Source: Okamejei kenojei (lineage: Eukaryota). From it: a stretch of 64,000 nucleotides of DNA. The stretch's first letter is position 1, and each line of letters opens with the position of its first letter. Location: the NCBI GenBank assembly GCA_035221665.1, contig CM069160.1, positions 34,224,001-34,288,000 of the forward strand. Direction: 5' to 3'. The translations under genes were made by a program, and so were the position numbers. Below are positions 48,005 through 58,751 of the stretch, one piece after another. Under the pieces are notes generated by a model. It did no database searches. It was not told the origin of the DNA and was given only the letters and a program-made list of their open reading frames with translations.

Positions 48005-48354
48005 NNNNNNNNNNNNNNNNNNNNNNNNNNNNNNNNNNNNNNNNNNNNNNNNNNNNNNNNNNNNNNNNNNNNNNNNNNNNNNNNNNNNNNNNNNNNNNNN
48101 NNNNNNNNNNNNNNNNNNNNNNNNNNNNNNNNNNNNNNNNNNNNNNNNNNNNNNNNNNNNNNNNNNNNNNNNNNNNNNNNNNNNNNNNNNNNNNNNNNNN
48201 NNNNNNNNNNNNNNNNNNNNNNNNNNNNNNNNNNNNNNNNNNNNNNNNNNNNNNNNNNNNNNNNNNNNNNNNNNNNNNNNNNNNNNNNNNNNNNNNNNNN
48301 NNNNNNNNNNNNNNNNNNNNNNNNNNNNNNNNNNNNNNNNNNNNNNNNNNNNNN
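48005..48354. other. Assembly gap (350 N) immediately upstream of the butyrophilin ATG
   Basis: Run of n. Confidence 1.
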
Positions 48355-48424
48355 GAAGCTGTGACCCCCCCTCCCCCTCCGTCCCCGTTGCCGGTGTCCA
48401 CCACCCCCACTCACTGTTGACCAG

Positions 48425-48550
48425 GGGGTGAAAGGTCACACCTTGTGCGGAGTGAAAGGTCAAACCTTGTGCGGGGTGAAAGGTCACCCCTTGTGCGGGG
48501 TGAAAGGTCACACCTTGTGCTGGGTGAAAGGTCACACCTTGTGCGGGGTG
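48425..48550. repeat. 24-bp minisatellite x5 (GGGGTGAAAGGTCACACCTTGTGC)
   Basis: AAAGGTCA recurs at 48431, 48455, 48479, 48503 and 48527. Confidence 0.92.
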
Positions 48551-48789
48551 GCCAAGGGCAACCGGTGGCCAAAGGACTCCGGGCTCCGCACCGAGACCCC
48601 AGCCCCGTGTGTGTGGGCACTGCCGACCCATTGCCCGTGACAGTGTGGCCCACAGGGGGGGGACGGGGCGGAGGGCAGCCGTGGCTGGACAGCGTTGACC
48701 CGGGGGGGAGGATGGGGTTGTCGGGAGGGATGCGCTCCTTCGGCCGCTTACACCTTGGTGCTCGGGTTCAGAGCAAACCTTCCTGCTTT

Positions 48790-51700
48790 CAATGACAACA
48801 CCCACAATATCCTCGTGGAGGATTTAAACTAATGTGGCAGGGGGATGGGTACAAGAGCAGAGAGGCAGGAGGGTGTAAAATGAGGGTAGAAGCATTAGGT
48901 AGCAAGGTGAAAAGTAAAAGTGGCAGGCAGACAAAACCAGGGCAAAAATCAAAAAGGGCCACTTTTCTGCAAAATTGTATAAGGGGTAAGTGCGTTGTAA
49001 AGACAAGCCTGAAGGCTTTGTGTGTCAATGCAAGGAGTATTCGTAATAAGGTGGACGAGTTGAACGTGCAGATAGATATTAATGATTGTGATATAGTTGG
49101 GATCACGGAGACATGGCTCCAGGGTGACGTAGGCTGGGAGCTGAACATCCAGGGATATTCAATATTCAGGAGGGATAGAGAGAAAGGAAAAGGAGGTGGG
49201 GTAGCATTGCTGGTTAGAGAGGAGATTAACGCAATGGAAAGGAAGGACATTAGCTTGGAGGATGTGGAATCGGTATGGGTAGAGCTACAAAACACTAAAG
49301 GGCAGAAAACGCTGGTGGGTGTTGTGTACAGGCCACCTAACAGTAGCAGAGAAGTTGGGGATGGTATCAAACAGGAAATTAGAAATGCGTGCGACAAAGG
49401 CAAAACAGTTATAATGGGTGACTTCAATCTACATATAGATTGGGTTAATCAAATTGGCAGGGGTGCTGAGGAAGAGGATTTTTTGGAATGTATGCGGGAT
49501 AGTTATCTAAATCAACATGTAGAGGAACCAACGAGAGAGCAGGCTATTTTAGACTGGGTTTTGAGTAATGAGGAAGGGGTAATTAGCCGTCTTGTTGTAC
49601 GTGCCCCCTTGGGCAAGAGTGACCATAATATGGTTGAGTTCTTCATTAGAATGGAGAGTGACATTGTTAATTCAGAAACAATGGTTCTGAACTTAAAGAA
49701 AGGTAACTTTGAGGGTATGAGACGTGAATTGGCCAAGATTGACTGGCAATTAATTCTAAAAGGGTTGACGGTGGATATACAATGGAAGACATTTAAAGAC
49801 TGCATGGATGAACTACAAAAATTGTTCATCCCAGTTTGGCAAAAGAATAAATCGGGGAAGGTAGTGCATCCGTGGATAACAAGGGAAATCAGGGATAGTA
49901 TCAAAGCAAAGGATGATGCGTACAAAGTAGCCAGAAAAAGCAGCATACCAGAGGACTGGGAGAAATTCAGAGACCAGCAGAGGAGGACAAAGGGCTTAAT
50001 TAGGAAAGGAAAAATAGATTATGAAAGAAAACTGGCAGGGAACATAAAAACTGACTGCAAAAGTTTTTATAGATATGTGAAGAGAAAGAGGTTAGTTAAA
50101 ACAAATGTAGGTCCCTTGCAGTCAGAAACAGGTGAGTTGATCATGGGGAACAAGGATATGGCGGACCAATTGAATAACTACTTTGGTTCCGTCTTCACTA
50201 AGGAAGACATAAATAATCTGCCTGAAATAGCAGGGGACTGTGGGTCAAAGGAGGAATTGAGTGAAATCCAGGTCAGTCGGGAAGTGGTGTTGGGTAAATT
50301 GAATAGATTAAAGGCCGATAAATCCCCAGGGCCAGATAGGCTGCATCCCAGAGTACTTAAGGAAGTAGCTCAGGAAATAGTGGATGCATTAGTGATAATC
50401 TTTCAAAACTCTTTAGATTCTGGAGTAGTTCCTGAGGATTGGCGGGTAGCAAATGTAACCCCTCTTTTTAAGAAGGGAGGGAGAGAGAAAACGGGGAATT
50501 ACAGACCAGTTAGTCTAACATCGGTAGTGGGGAAACTGCTAGAATCAGTTATTAAAGATGGGATAGCAGCACATTTGGAAAGTGGTGAAATCATTGGACA
50601 AAGTCAGCATGGATTTACAAAAGGTAAATCATGTCTGACGAATCTTGTGGAATTTTTCGAGGATGTAACTAGTAGCGTGGATAAGGGAGAACCAGTGGAT
50701 GTGGTATATCTGGACTTCAAAAAGGCTTTCGACAAGGTCCCACATAAGAGATTAGTATACAAACTTAAAGCATACGGTATTAGGGGTTCAGTATTGATGT
50801 GGATAGAGAACTGGCTGGCAAACAGGAAGCAAAGAGTAGGAGTAAACGGGTCCTTTTCACAATGGCAGGCAGTAACTAGTGGGGTACCGCAGGGCTCAGT
50901 GCTGGGACCCCAGCTATTTACAATATATATTAATGATCTGGATGAGGGAATTGAAGGCAATATCTCCAAGTTTGCGGATGACACTAAGCTGGGGGGCAGT
51001 GTTCGCTGTGAGGAGGATGCTAGGAGACTGCAAGGTGACTTGGATAGGCTGGGTGAGTGGGCAAATGTTTGGCAGATGCAGTATAATGTGGATAAATGTG
51101 AGGTTATCCACTTTGGTGGCAAAAACAGGAAAGCAGACTATTATTTAAATGGTGGCCAATTAGGAAAAGGGGAGATGCAGCGAGACCTGGGTGTCATGGT
51201 ACACCAGTCATTGAAAGTAGGCATGCAGGTGCAGCAGGCAGTGAAAAAAGCGACTGGTATGTTAGCTTTCATAGCAAAAGGATTTGAGTACAGGAGCAGG
51301 GAGGTTCTACTTCAGTTGTACAGGGTCTTGGTGAGACCACACCTGGAGTATTGCGTACAGTTTTGGTCTCCAAATCTGAGGAAGGACATTATTGCCATAG
51401 AGGGAGTGCAGAGAAGGTTCACCAGACTGATTTCTGGGATGTCAGGACTGTCTTATGAAGAAAGACTGGATAGACTCGGTTTATACTCTCTGGAATTTAG
51501 GAGATTGAGAGGGGATCTTATAGAAACTTACAAAATTCTTAAGGGGTTGGACAGGCTAGATGCAGGAAGATTGTTCCCGATGTTGGGGAAGTCCAGGACA
51601 AGGGGTCACAGCTTAAGGATAAGGGGGAAATCCTTTAAGACCGAGATGAGAAAGACTTTTTTCACACAGAGAGTGGTGAGTCTCTGGAACTTTCTGCCAC

Positions 51701-51900
51701 AGAGGGTAGTTGAGGCCAGTTCATTGGCTATATTTAAGAGTGAGTTGGATGTGGCCGTTGTGGCTAAGGGGATCAGAGGGTATGGAGAGAAGGCAGGTAC
51801 GGGATACTGAGTTGGATGATCAGCCATGATCATATTGAATGGCGGTGCAGGCTCGAAGGGCTGAATGGCCTACTCCTGCACCTAATTTCTATGTTTCTAT
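48790..51900 (+). mobile_element. CR1 LINE, 5'-truncated (no ORF1) with intact ORF2
   Basis: A 992-aa ORF, CR1 3'UTR and TTTCTATGTTTCTAT tail. Confidence 0.95.
48832..51810 (+). CDS. CR1 ORF2: APE endonuclease plus reverse transcriptase
   Basis: NARS, ITETWL, MGDFN, SDH, YLDFKKAFDKVPH, GVPQGSVLGP and KFADD with no stops. Confidence 0.95.
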   Translation: MWQGDGYKSREAGGCKMRVEALGSKVKSKSGRQTKPGQKSKRATFLQNCIRGKCVVKTSLKALCVNARSIRNKVDELNVQIDINDCDIVGITETWLQGDVGWELNIQGYSIFRRDREKGKGGGVALLVREEINAMERKDISLEDVESVWVELQNTKGQKTLVGVVYRPPNSSREVGDGIKQEIRNACDKGKTVIMGDFNLHIDWVNQIGRGAEEEDFLECMRDSYLNQHVEEPTREQAILDWVLSNEEGVISRLVVRAPLGKSDHNMVEFFIRMESDIVNSETMVLNLKKGNFEGMRRELAKIDWQLILKGLTVDIQWKTFKDCMDELQKLFIPVWQKNKSGKVVHPWITREIRDSIKAKDDAYKVARKSSIPEDWEKFRDQQRRTKGLIRKGKIDYERKLAGNIKTDCKSFYRYVKRKRLVKTNVGPLQSETGELIMGNKDMADQLNNYFGSVFTKEDINNLPEIAGDCGSKEELSEIQVSREVVLGKLNRLKADKSPGPDRLHPRVLKEVAQEIVDALVIIFQNSLDSGVVPEDWRVANVTPLFKKGGREKTGNYRPVSLTSVVGKLLESVIKDGIAAHLESGEIIGQSQHGFTKGKSCLTNLVEFFEDVTSSVDKGEPVDVVYLDFKKAFDKVPHKRLVYKLKAYGIRGSVLMWIENWLANRKQRVGVNGSFSQWQAVTSGVPQGSVLGPQLFTIYINDLDEGIEGNISKFADDTKLGGSVRCEEDARRLQGDLDRLGEWANVWQMQYNVDKCEVIHFGGKNRKADYYLNGGQLGKGEMQRDLGVMVHQSLKVGMQVQQAVKKATGMLAFIAKGFEYRSREVLLQLYRVLVRPHLEYCVQFWSPNLRKDIIAIEGVQRRFTRLISGMSGLSYEERLDRLGLYSLEFRRLRGDLIETYKILKGLDRLDAGRLFPMLGKSRTRGHSLRIRGKSFKTEMRKTFFTQRVVSLWNFLPQRVVEASSLAIFKSELDVAVVAKGIRGYGEKAGTGY

Positions 51901-53110
51901 TCAGCGCAAAAAATGTAAATTTTGACGGATTTTAACAAGTAAGAAGGTACGCGTTCCGTGTGTTTACAGTATATGCCGGAATCTGCCTTGTCCTCCACAT
52001 GGATTGAGCTGCTCCGTGCGTCATGCCCTTTGACCCGATGACCTTACGGGCAACCCCCCTATATGTTTCAGTAAGATCCTCTCTCATCCTTCTAAATTCC
52101 AGAGTAGGAAGTGAGGAAGGGGGTTACAGAGGAGGCAGTCTCTGTGAGATTCTGGCTCAGTTACATTAATATCTTCCCAGCAGTAACACATGAACAGTTT
52201 CAGCGCAGTTTGTCGCCGCGCTCGGTGTTCGGGACGCCGCCGCCGGCCCAGAGTTTCAGAGAGTGGAGCAGCAAGTTCCCTTCTTGCAATCGCGGCCACA
52301 TCCATGACACATCCAGACACCGGGCATTCATGTCTGATGATACAGTGGTCTACAGGAAGTCCAGATACGACCTTGGTAAGGCCATCAAAAAGGCCAAAAG
52401 GGAGTTCTGCTCCAAACTGGAGGAGGAGACAGATGTTCGGCAGCTGTGGCGGGGACTGAATGTAATCACCTCCTACAAGGCAAAACCAGTAGGCAGCTCG
52501 GATGTCGGCGATACATAACTCCCTGATGAGTTCAATGTGTTTTACGCACGTTTTGATAGGGAGAACACCGATGTGCCTTCCCGAGCCCCCATTTGCTGTG
52601 ATGGTGTGAGGGATAAAGTGATTAAACCCTATTAAAGAAAGGAGTTTTAAAGAGAATTCAAACAGACAGGGGCTGGAGAGAGGATTCTGACACAGCAGTG
52701 TCTGAAGGTTCCCAGACCCATCCTTGAGTCCTTAAGTAAGAAGAGATAGCTTTGTATAGCTAGAGAAGGGGGTGATGTAGAGAGATCCCTATCAGTGGAA
52801 AGGAGTGATAGATGGGACCCTTGTCACTATAGCTTAGCTTTAGTACTGATATAGGAAAACTGAGAGGGTTCACTAGGAGGTGAGTAAAACTGGGCCAGGT
52901 CATGAGCAATTGAGCATGCTTAATAGAATAAATGAATATTGCAACACACCCCTGGTCAAGAAATTGCTCATTACCATGAACATGTTTGAACATGCAATGT
53001 ATGATATGGGAGGTGCGAGGAGATGTACGGTGGGAGGTACCCACAGATTGTGCACCTCCGACCCTGATTGGAGAAAGGTCCGGAGGGGAGATTGAATGTA
53101 AGATTTTGTG

Positions 53111-53188
53111 TATAAAGGGGGATGATCTCTCTGGCTTCGGTGTGTCTCAAGTTGGAGAGGCACCCGGTCTGCAGACTCGTAAAATAAA
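53111..53188 (+). promoter_or_regulatory. ERV LTR TATA box (53111-53116) and poly(A) signal (53183-53188)
   Basis: TATAAA and AATAAA sit in the expected U3/R order and are conserved in the 3' LTR. Confidence 0.7.
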
Positions 53189-53255
53189 GAAATCTCTTGC
53201 TTCCAGGATTTAGTCTTTGAGTATTAATTGTGAGCATAAAGGGTATCTCACAAAT

Positions 53256-53273
53256 TGGGGGCTCGTCCGGGAT
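53256..53273 (+). other. Primer-binding site for tRNA-Pro
   Basis: TGGGGGCTCGTCCGGGAT, the canonical 18-nt PBS-Pro, 3 nt after the 5' LTR. Confidence 0.93.
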
Positions 53274-53539
53274 CGCCACTCCGGCTGCTTGGTGGAGGCA
53301 AAGAAGGAGGGGAAGGTGCACCCTGCTGATTTCAGCAGTCTCTGATCTCCTTGCTTCCAATCAGCAGTTTGAGCGAGTGATATTCGCTGGAAAAGACTTG
53401 GGAAGCAAGAGGGGGTGTAAGGTAAATACGTACGGGACGGTCGCGTGATTCTTGTGCACAGGACCCAGGTAAGAAAAACGACTATTAAGTATTGCTTGGG
53501 CAACCGGGCTCTGTCGGATGGGAATAGTCCGACGAGATA

Positions 53540-56500
53540 ATGGGAAACCGGAACGGGAGGAGGAAGGGTCCGGGGAACCGGGATGAGGCGCATACTGATA
53601 TGGAGCCTAACATTCCGCCCGATAGTCCGTTGGGGCGAATGTTGGATGGGGTGAAGGGAACACCCGGGGTAAGAGTAAGGAAACTATGTGCCTCTCACCA
53701 GTATGGGGGTGAGGAACTTTAAAAAGGAGATTAAAAGTTTATTGGAAGACCCCTTGGGGCTGGCTGAACAAATAGATCAGTTCCTAGGACCAAAAATGTG
53801 TTTATGAAAAATATTGAGTTGTTTCAAACAATCTCATTAAAGTAAGAATGGAACTAATGTAATGTGTGTGTAAAAACCGGTTTTGTATGAATGAGGAAGT
53901 TTGTATATGTGATAGGTTTGTTTGCTGTGGGCCATGTTGTAAGGGTGTCTGTGTGTGTTCCTTTAAGGAATTGTAAGCAATGGGGGAGGTTATTGTAAGG
54001 TAATGGACAACGCTTTGTATCATCGCAACTTAAAAAGGGGAAGTTGGAAAATGTAGGTTGCTTGGCTTCTATAGATTTCTTTTCAGTAAAGTTAATTTGG
54101 AAAATTGTTAGTCGTATGTATTTAAACTAGGAATTGGAATTTGGGAATTGTAGGGGGAATGGTTTGAACAAAATTAGAAATAAGTTAATTGCTGAACAAC
54201 AAGCAGCTTTTATGGTTTGTTTAGATAAACATTCTGGTTGGAGAAGGGTAATAAATTAATGGGGCCCAGAAAAAAAAGGAGTTGGCAGACAATGATGTCA
54301 ATAAGGGGAAGTTTGTTTACTTCAGAAGAAAGACAGATGGTCAGACAGGCAGGAGAAGGGGTTACAGGATTAAAGCGAGAGCAGGAAAATATCCCATTAC
54401 TGCACGAATTGGAGTAACCAAACCGAAGAAGTGTGAGAGATCTCAGGGAGATAACAATCAAGGGAATTAGAGAAGCCGTTCCCAAGGGACAGAATTTCGA
54501 ACAGGCTTTTGAAAATCAGCAGAACAAGGACGAACTTCCGACAGTGTTTTTACAAAGGTTAAGGAAACATGTCCAGCAGAATTCGGGGATAGACCCTGAT
54601 ACGACCGCAGGTCAGCAGTTGTTGAAGGTTAATTTTGTAACAAAATCATGGCCAGATATCAGAAAGAAATTGGAAAAATTGGAAGATTGGAATGAAAAAC
54701 CATTGAATCAGTTGTTAACAGAGGCTCAAAAGGTATATGTAAGACGGGATGAGGAGAAACAGAAGGGAAAGGCAAAAATGATGTTGCAAGCAGTACAGCA
54801 AGTAGTATTGGAGGACGAGGAAGAGGTGAATGGAGGGACCGAAGTTGGGGTCCCCGGGAAAACAAGGAACAAGGATCAGGAGGGTGGTACACGGGGCCAC
54901 CCTGGTGTTATTATTGTAAAGAGGAGGGTCATTTCAAGAGGGAATGTCCTAAGCGACGACGGGAGGTGCAGTCGTACGCACTCATGGAGGAAGAATAGGG
55001 GAGTCAGGGGTCCTGCTCCCTGGGGTGTATGGGATACACACGGGAACCTCTGGTAAATTTGAAATTAGGACCCCAGGGAGAGGATATGATATTTATGGTA
55101 GATTCGGGAGCAGAAAGATCGAGTATAACTAAGGTACCAGAAGGAACGAGATTGGGTAAAAAACAGGTTAGAATCTCAGGGGTAGAAGGGAAAGTGATGA
55201 CATTACCCGAGGTAGAAGGGGTGGTGGTAAAATATGAGAATCGGGAAACTATAGAAGATTTAATCTTGGTACCCCAGGCAGGGTTAAATTTGATGGGGAG
55301 AGACTTACAAATCCAATTAGGAATGGGAACAGCCCCCGTAGGGGGACAGATAATAGTCCAATTGTATAAATTGACCACGGAGGACGAGGGAAGAATAGTC
55401 CCGCAGGTGTGGGCAAAGGAAGGAAACCGGGGTGGGCTGCAGATCCCACCCTTGAAAATAGCTTTGAAAAAAGAAGGTGAGATAGTACGGGTAAGGCAAT
55501 ATCCAATTTCTATGGAAGGAAGGAGAGGACTTCAGCCAATTATAGAGAACTTACTAAAGGACGGTATATTAGAGAGTTGTATGTCCCCATATAACACCCC
55601 CGAACTCCCCGTAAGGAAAACCGACGGGACGTTCAGATTGGTCCAGGATCTCAGGGAATTAAATAAGGTAGTTAGAACGCGACACCCGGTGCTCCCGAAC
55701 CCGTATACCATAATGGGACGGATACCCCCGAATCACAAGTGGTTCAGTGTGGTAGATTTAAAAGACGCTTTTTGGAGCTGTCCCCTGGCTGAAGAGAGCA
55801 GGGACCTTTTTGCGTTTGAATGGGAAAACCCAGAGACCCAAAGGAAACAGCAGTATCGGTGGACTGCACTCCCTCAGGGATTTACAGAGTCCCCGAACCT
55901 GTTTGGACAGATATTAGAACAAGTATTAGAGGACGTCCCGAGGACTGATGAGACACAGCTGTTGCAGTATGTGGACGATTTATTACTATCTGAGAAGTAA
56001 GACATTGAGTTTAGAATGAGAAAGAAGGCAGATCAGAAAGGATTAAAGTGGGAAGCAGAGGGATGAATTGATGAGACTGCTTTAGAAAGAAAGAGCGTGA
56101 AAAAGGAAAGACAATGTTGTCAGTAACAACAGACCTGGTTGAAAAGTCTGAAATAAGTGATGCACCGACACACAGTGAGTCCTATGACAGAGCCAAACAG
56201 GGGCCAGAGATTCCATGCCAATAATAAATGTATTTGGTAGAGTGTTTTCTCAAATGCCCTATTGGGAGTGAAATAAATCTGGATCTCAGCCCAGACAATG
56301 CTAGTAAGGAGATAGGTAATGGATAAGGTGTGTTGGGGATGTGAACAGGTACGATAATCAGGAAATAATAATAATAATAATAATAATGATCTTAATAATA
56401 ATATTAAGATAATGGTGAACATAGCTATGGTAAGAACATTAAAAAGAGGTATTAAATACACCTAGGCTAGGATGCGGCAGCGGTTTAAATACTAGCGCCG

Positions 56501-57324
56501 TGTTTTTAATCAGATGTTGTAGGCAGATTTGGAAGGTGTTGATATAGTATGTGAATGATTTGCTGGTTTGTTCCACAAGTGAGGAGCAATGTGAGAAAGA
56601 GACATTGTAATTATCTTGGAAAAGATGGCACAGGAGGTCATGATGTATCAAGGAAGAAGTTTATGTTTTGTCAGCAGCAGGTAGAATATTTTGGACGAGT
56701 AATATCTAAAGAAGTAAAAGCTATAGCGCAGGATCAAATTGGAAGCTTGCCTGCAATCTTGCTTAGCTCAATTGGCAGAAATTAAGGCTTTAAGAGCAGC
56801 ATATGTACATGGAGTCTGGCATATGTTTGGAGCAGTAGGGAAACAGAAAGGCTTTGAGAAAAGCAACGGAGACCCCATGCAAAGTTATCAGTGTCCCCCT
56901 ATGGAATGTTGTTTGGGTTACCTTATTTGGGAAGGTGGAAGGCACACCAACCTTTGAGGGAGGTGATGTATTCTTGAGGAACTATTTACTGGCAGTATCC
57001 CGTTCCCTTACAGAATTAAAAGCGAAAGGATTATTGGCTCAAAGCCCCCCACTTGACGTTCCAATACATGCTGTAAAGGCCGGCGACTGGGTACTGGTCA
57101 AAAATTGGAAGGAGGAGAAACTCCAGCCCAGGTGGACTGAACCGTACCTAGTATTGCTGACAACCGAGACAGCAATACGAACAAAAGAAAAAGGGTGGAC
57201 CCACGCGATCCGGGTTAAAGGACCCGTCGATCCACCCGTTCCTGAGGTGGAGGAACAGTGGACGGTGAAGCCGGGAAGTAAACCCCTAACAGTAATTTTA
57301 AAAAGAAAAGCATTGAATGTATAA
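53540..57324 (+). pseudogene. ERV gag-pro-pol remnants
   Basis: Gag MGN...IPPDSPLGRML, capsid C-part FVTKSWPDIRKKL...EAQKVYVRRDEEKQK, and EE-TAG-G readthrough junction near 54996. Protease VDSGA and RT through QYVDDLLL (55029-56000). Integrase C-terminus GDWVLVK...WTH (56854-57324). RNase H and IN core are unrecognisable. Confidence 0.9.
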
Positions 57325-57332
57325 CTGACAGT

Positions 57333-58751
57333 ATGAAAGGAGCAGTCGTGGTATTGTTTGCTTTGTATGTAATTGTTGTAAAATGTATTAATAATTGTGA
57401 TAAATGTTATCATCCTATTCAATACAGAGGGGTAATAACCAGATCATTTACCTATCATTCCCATGTGAACAAAGTATGCCATGACCGAAAGACTAGAATC
57501 ATTTGTAAAGAGGGGGGAAAGGAGTATTTGATGGCAGGCAATAGGGGGTATATAGGGAAGCTTGGGGCCGTTACCTGCCCAAGGGGAGAGAGATGGGTTT
57601 GTGTACAGTTAGTTTTCCCTTCTAAGATCGTAAAAGGGGCAATAGATAAGACGAAGGAGGAAGTAGTAAAAGAGGTTACTAAGGTAGAAGTCACTAAGCC
57701 TCCCCCTCCCCCACATACTCAGCCTCAAGTGCACCAGACACTGTACAAAGAAATCAAGAAGCAGATCGAAATCCCTGAAGGAGAAAAAAACCTGTTTGTG
57801 GACTTGGCCACCCGAATAGCTGGGACCCTGAATGTGACTAACTGTTGGGTCTGCGGAGGACCGCTGATGAATTCACGCTGGCCATGGAGAGGTTCCATTG
57901 TTGAAATATGGGACCTGATGGGGTGGAACCTGACAGTTGGACAAGACCGAGATCCCCAGGTATGGGTCCTGACAGACGCTCCGGTTGGGACTGAGTGTAT
58001 CGCTAGGCCCTGGGCAAAGGATGCCGTCCTAGTAGGCAGCAGCCCCTGCCAGCGCATCGTCACCCAGTGGCCAAATCAGTCCCGAGTGTGGTGGCCAGAG
58101 GAGCCTAAATGGTATCTAACTAAGAAATATGGGAAAAACTGCGCTATCCGGATGGAGATTGATGGAGTGGAATCAGCCGGACTATGGAATTGCACCGGGA
58201 ATAACCCTTATCAGGGGATCCCAGTATTGCGAGATATATGGAACAAGGTTGCCTCTAGTGGACCGGCCCCTGAAGGATTGTTATGGATATGCGGATACAA
58301 GGCATACTCGGTGTTACCGACGAATTGGAGTGGGACTTGTTTTATTGGACTGGTACAACCTGGATTCTTCCTGTTAAACCACAAAGAAGGCCGGTCATTA
58401 GGAACACCTGTATTTGAGGACCTATATCGGAAAAAGAGGAAAATAGACATTGGAGAATGGGAAGATGATGAGTGGCCACCAGCAAGAATCATCTCATACT
58501 ACGGACCAGCCACTTGGGCACAGGATGGATCCTGGGGCTACCGAACACCAGTATACATGTTAAACCGGATCATAAGGCTACAGGCAGTACTGGAGGTAAT
58601 TACCAACCAAACTGCGGGGGCGCTGGAGATGCTGGCAAAGCAGCAGACGCAGATGAGAGCAGCGATATACCAGAACCGGTTAGCCCTAGATTACCTCCTG
58701 GCAGAAGAAGGAGGGGTATGCGGGAAATTCAACTCTCTAATTGCTGTTTGA
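57333..58751 (+). CDS. env: ERV envelope ORF (SU plus TM ectodomain to ISD), frameshifted before the membrane anchor
   Basis: Signal peptide, CWVC (CxxC), furin site RKKR and ISD YQNRLALDYLLAEEGGVC. The remaining LSNCC and TM anchor are in another frame (ORF 58472..59065). Confidence 0.92.
   Translation: MKGAVVVLFALYVIVVKCINNCDKCYHPIQYRGVITRSFTYHSHVNKVCHDRKTRIICKEGGKEYLMAGNRGYIGKLGAVTCPRGERWVCVQLVFPSKIVKGAIDKTKEEVVKEVTKVEVTKPPPPPHTQPQVHQTLYKEIKKQIEIPEGEKNLFVDLATRIAGTLNVTNCWVCGGPLMNSRWPWRGSIVEIWDLMGWNLTVGQDRDPQVWVLTDAPVGTECIARPWAKDAVLVGSSPCQRIVTQWPNQSRVWWPEEPKWYLTKKYGKNCAIRMEIDGVESAGLWNCTGNNPYQGIPVLRDIWNKVASSGPAPEGLLWICGYKAYSVLPTNWSGTCFIGLVQPGFFLLNHKEGRSLGTPVFEDLYRKKRKIDIGEWEDDEWPPARIISYYGPATWAQDGSWGYRTPVYMLNRIIRLQAVLEVITNQTAGALEMLAKQQTQMRAAIYQNRLALDYLLAEEGGVCGKFNSLIAV

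Noticed and set aside
47817-48805. ORFs spanning the N gap
   Set aside because: They are open only because of Ns. Only the 58-bp signal-peptide exon is supported.
48789-51122. Minus-strand ORFs of 144-212 aa
   Set aside because: They are antisense shadows of CR1 ORF2, and the same holds for shadows over the Gypsy, Rex1 and env ORFs.
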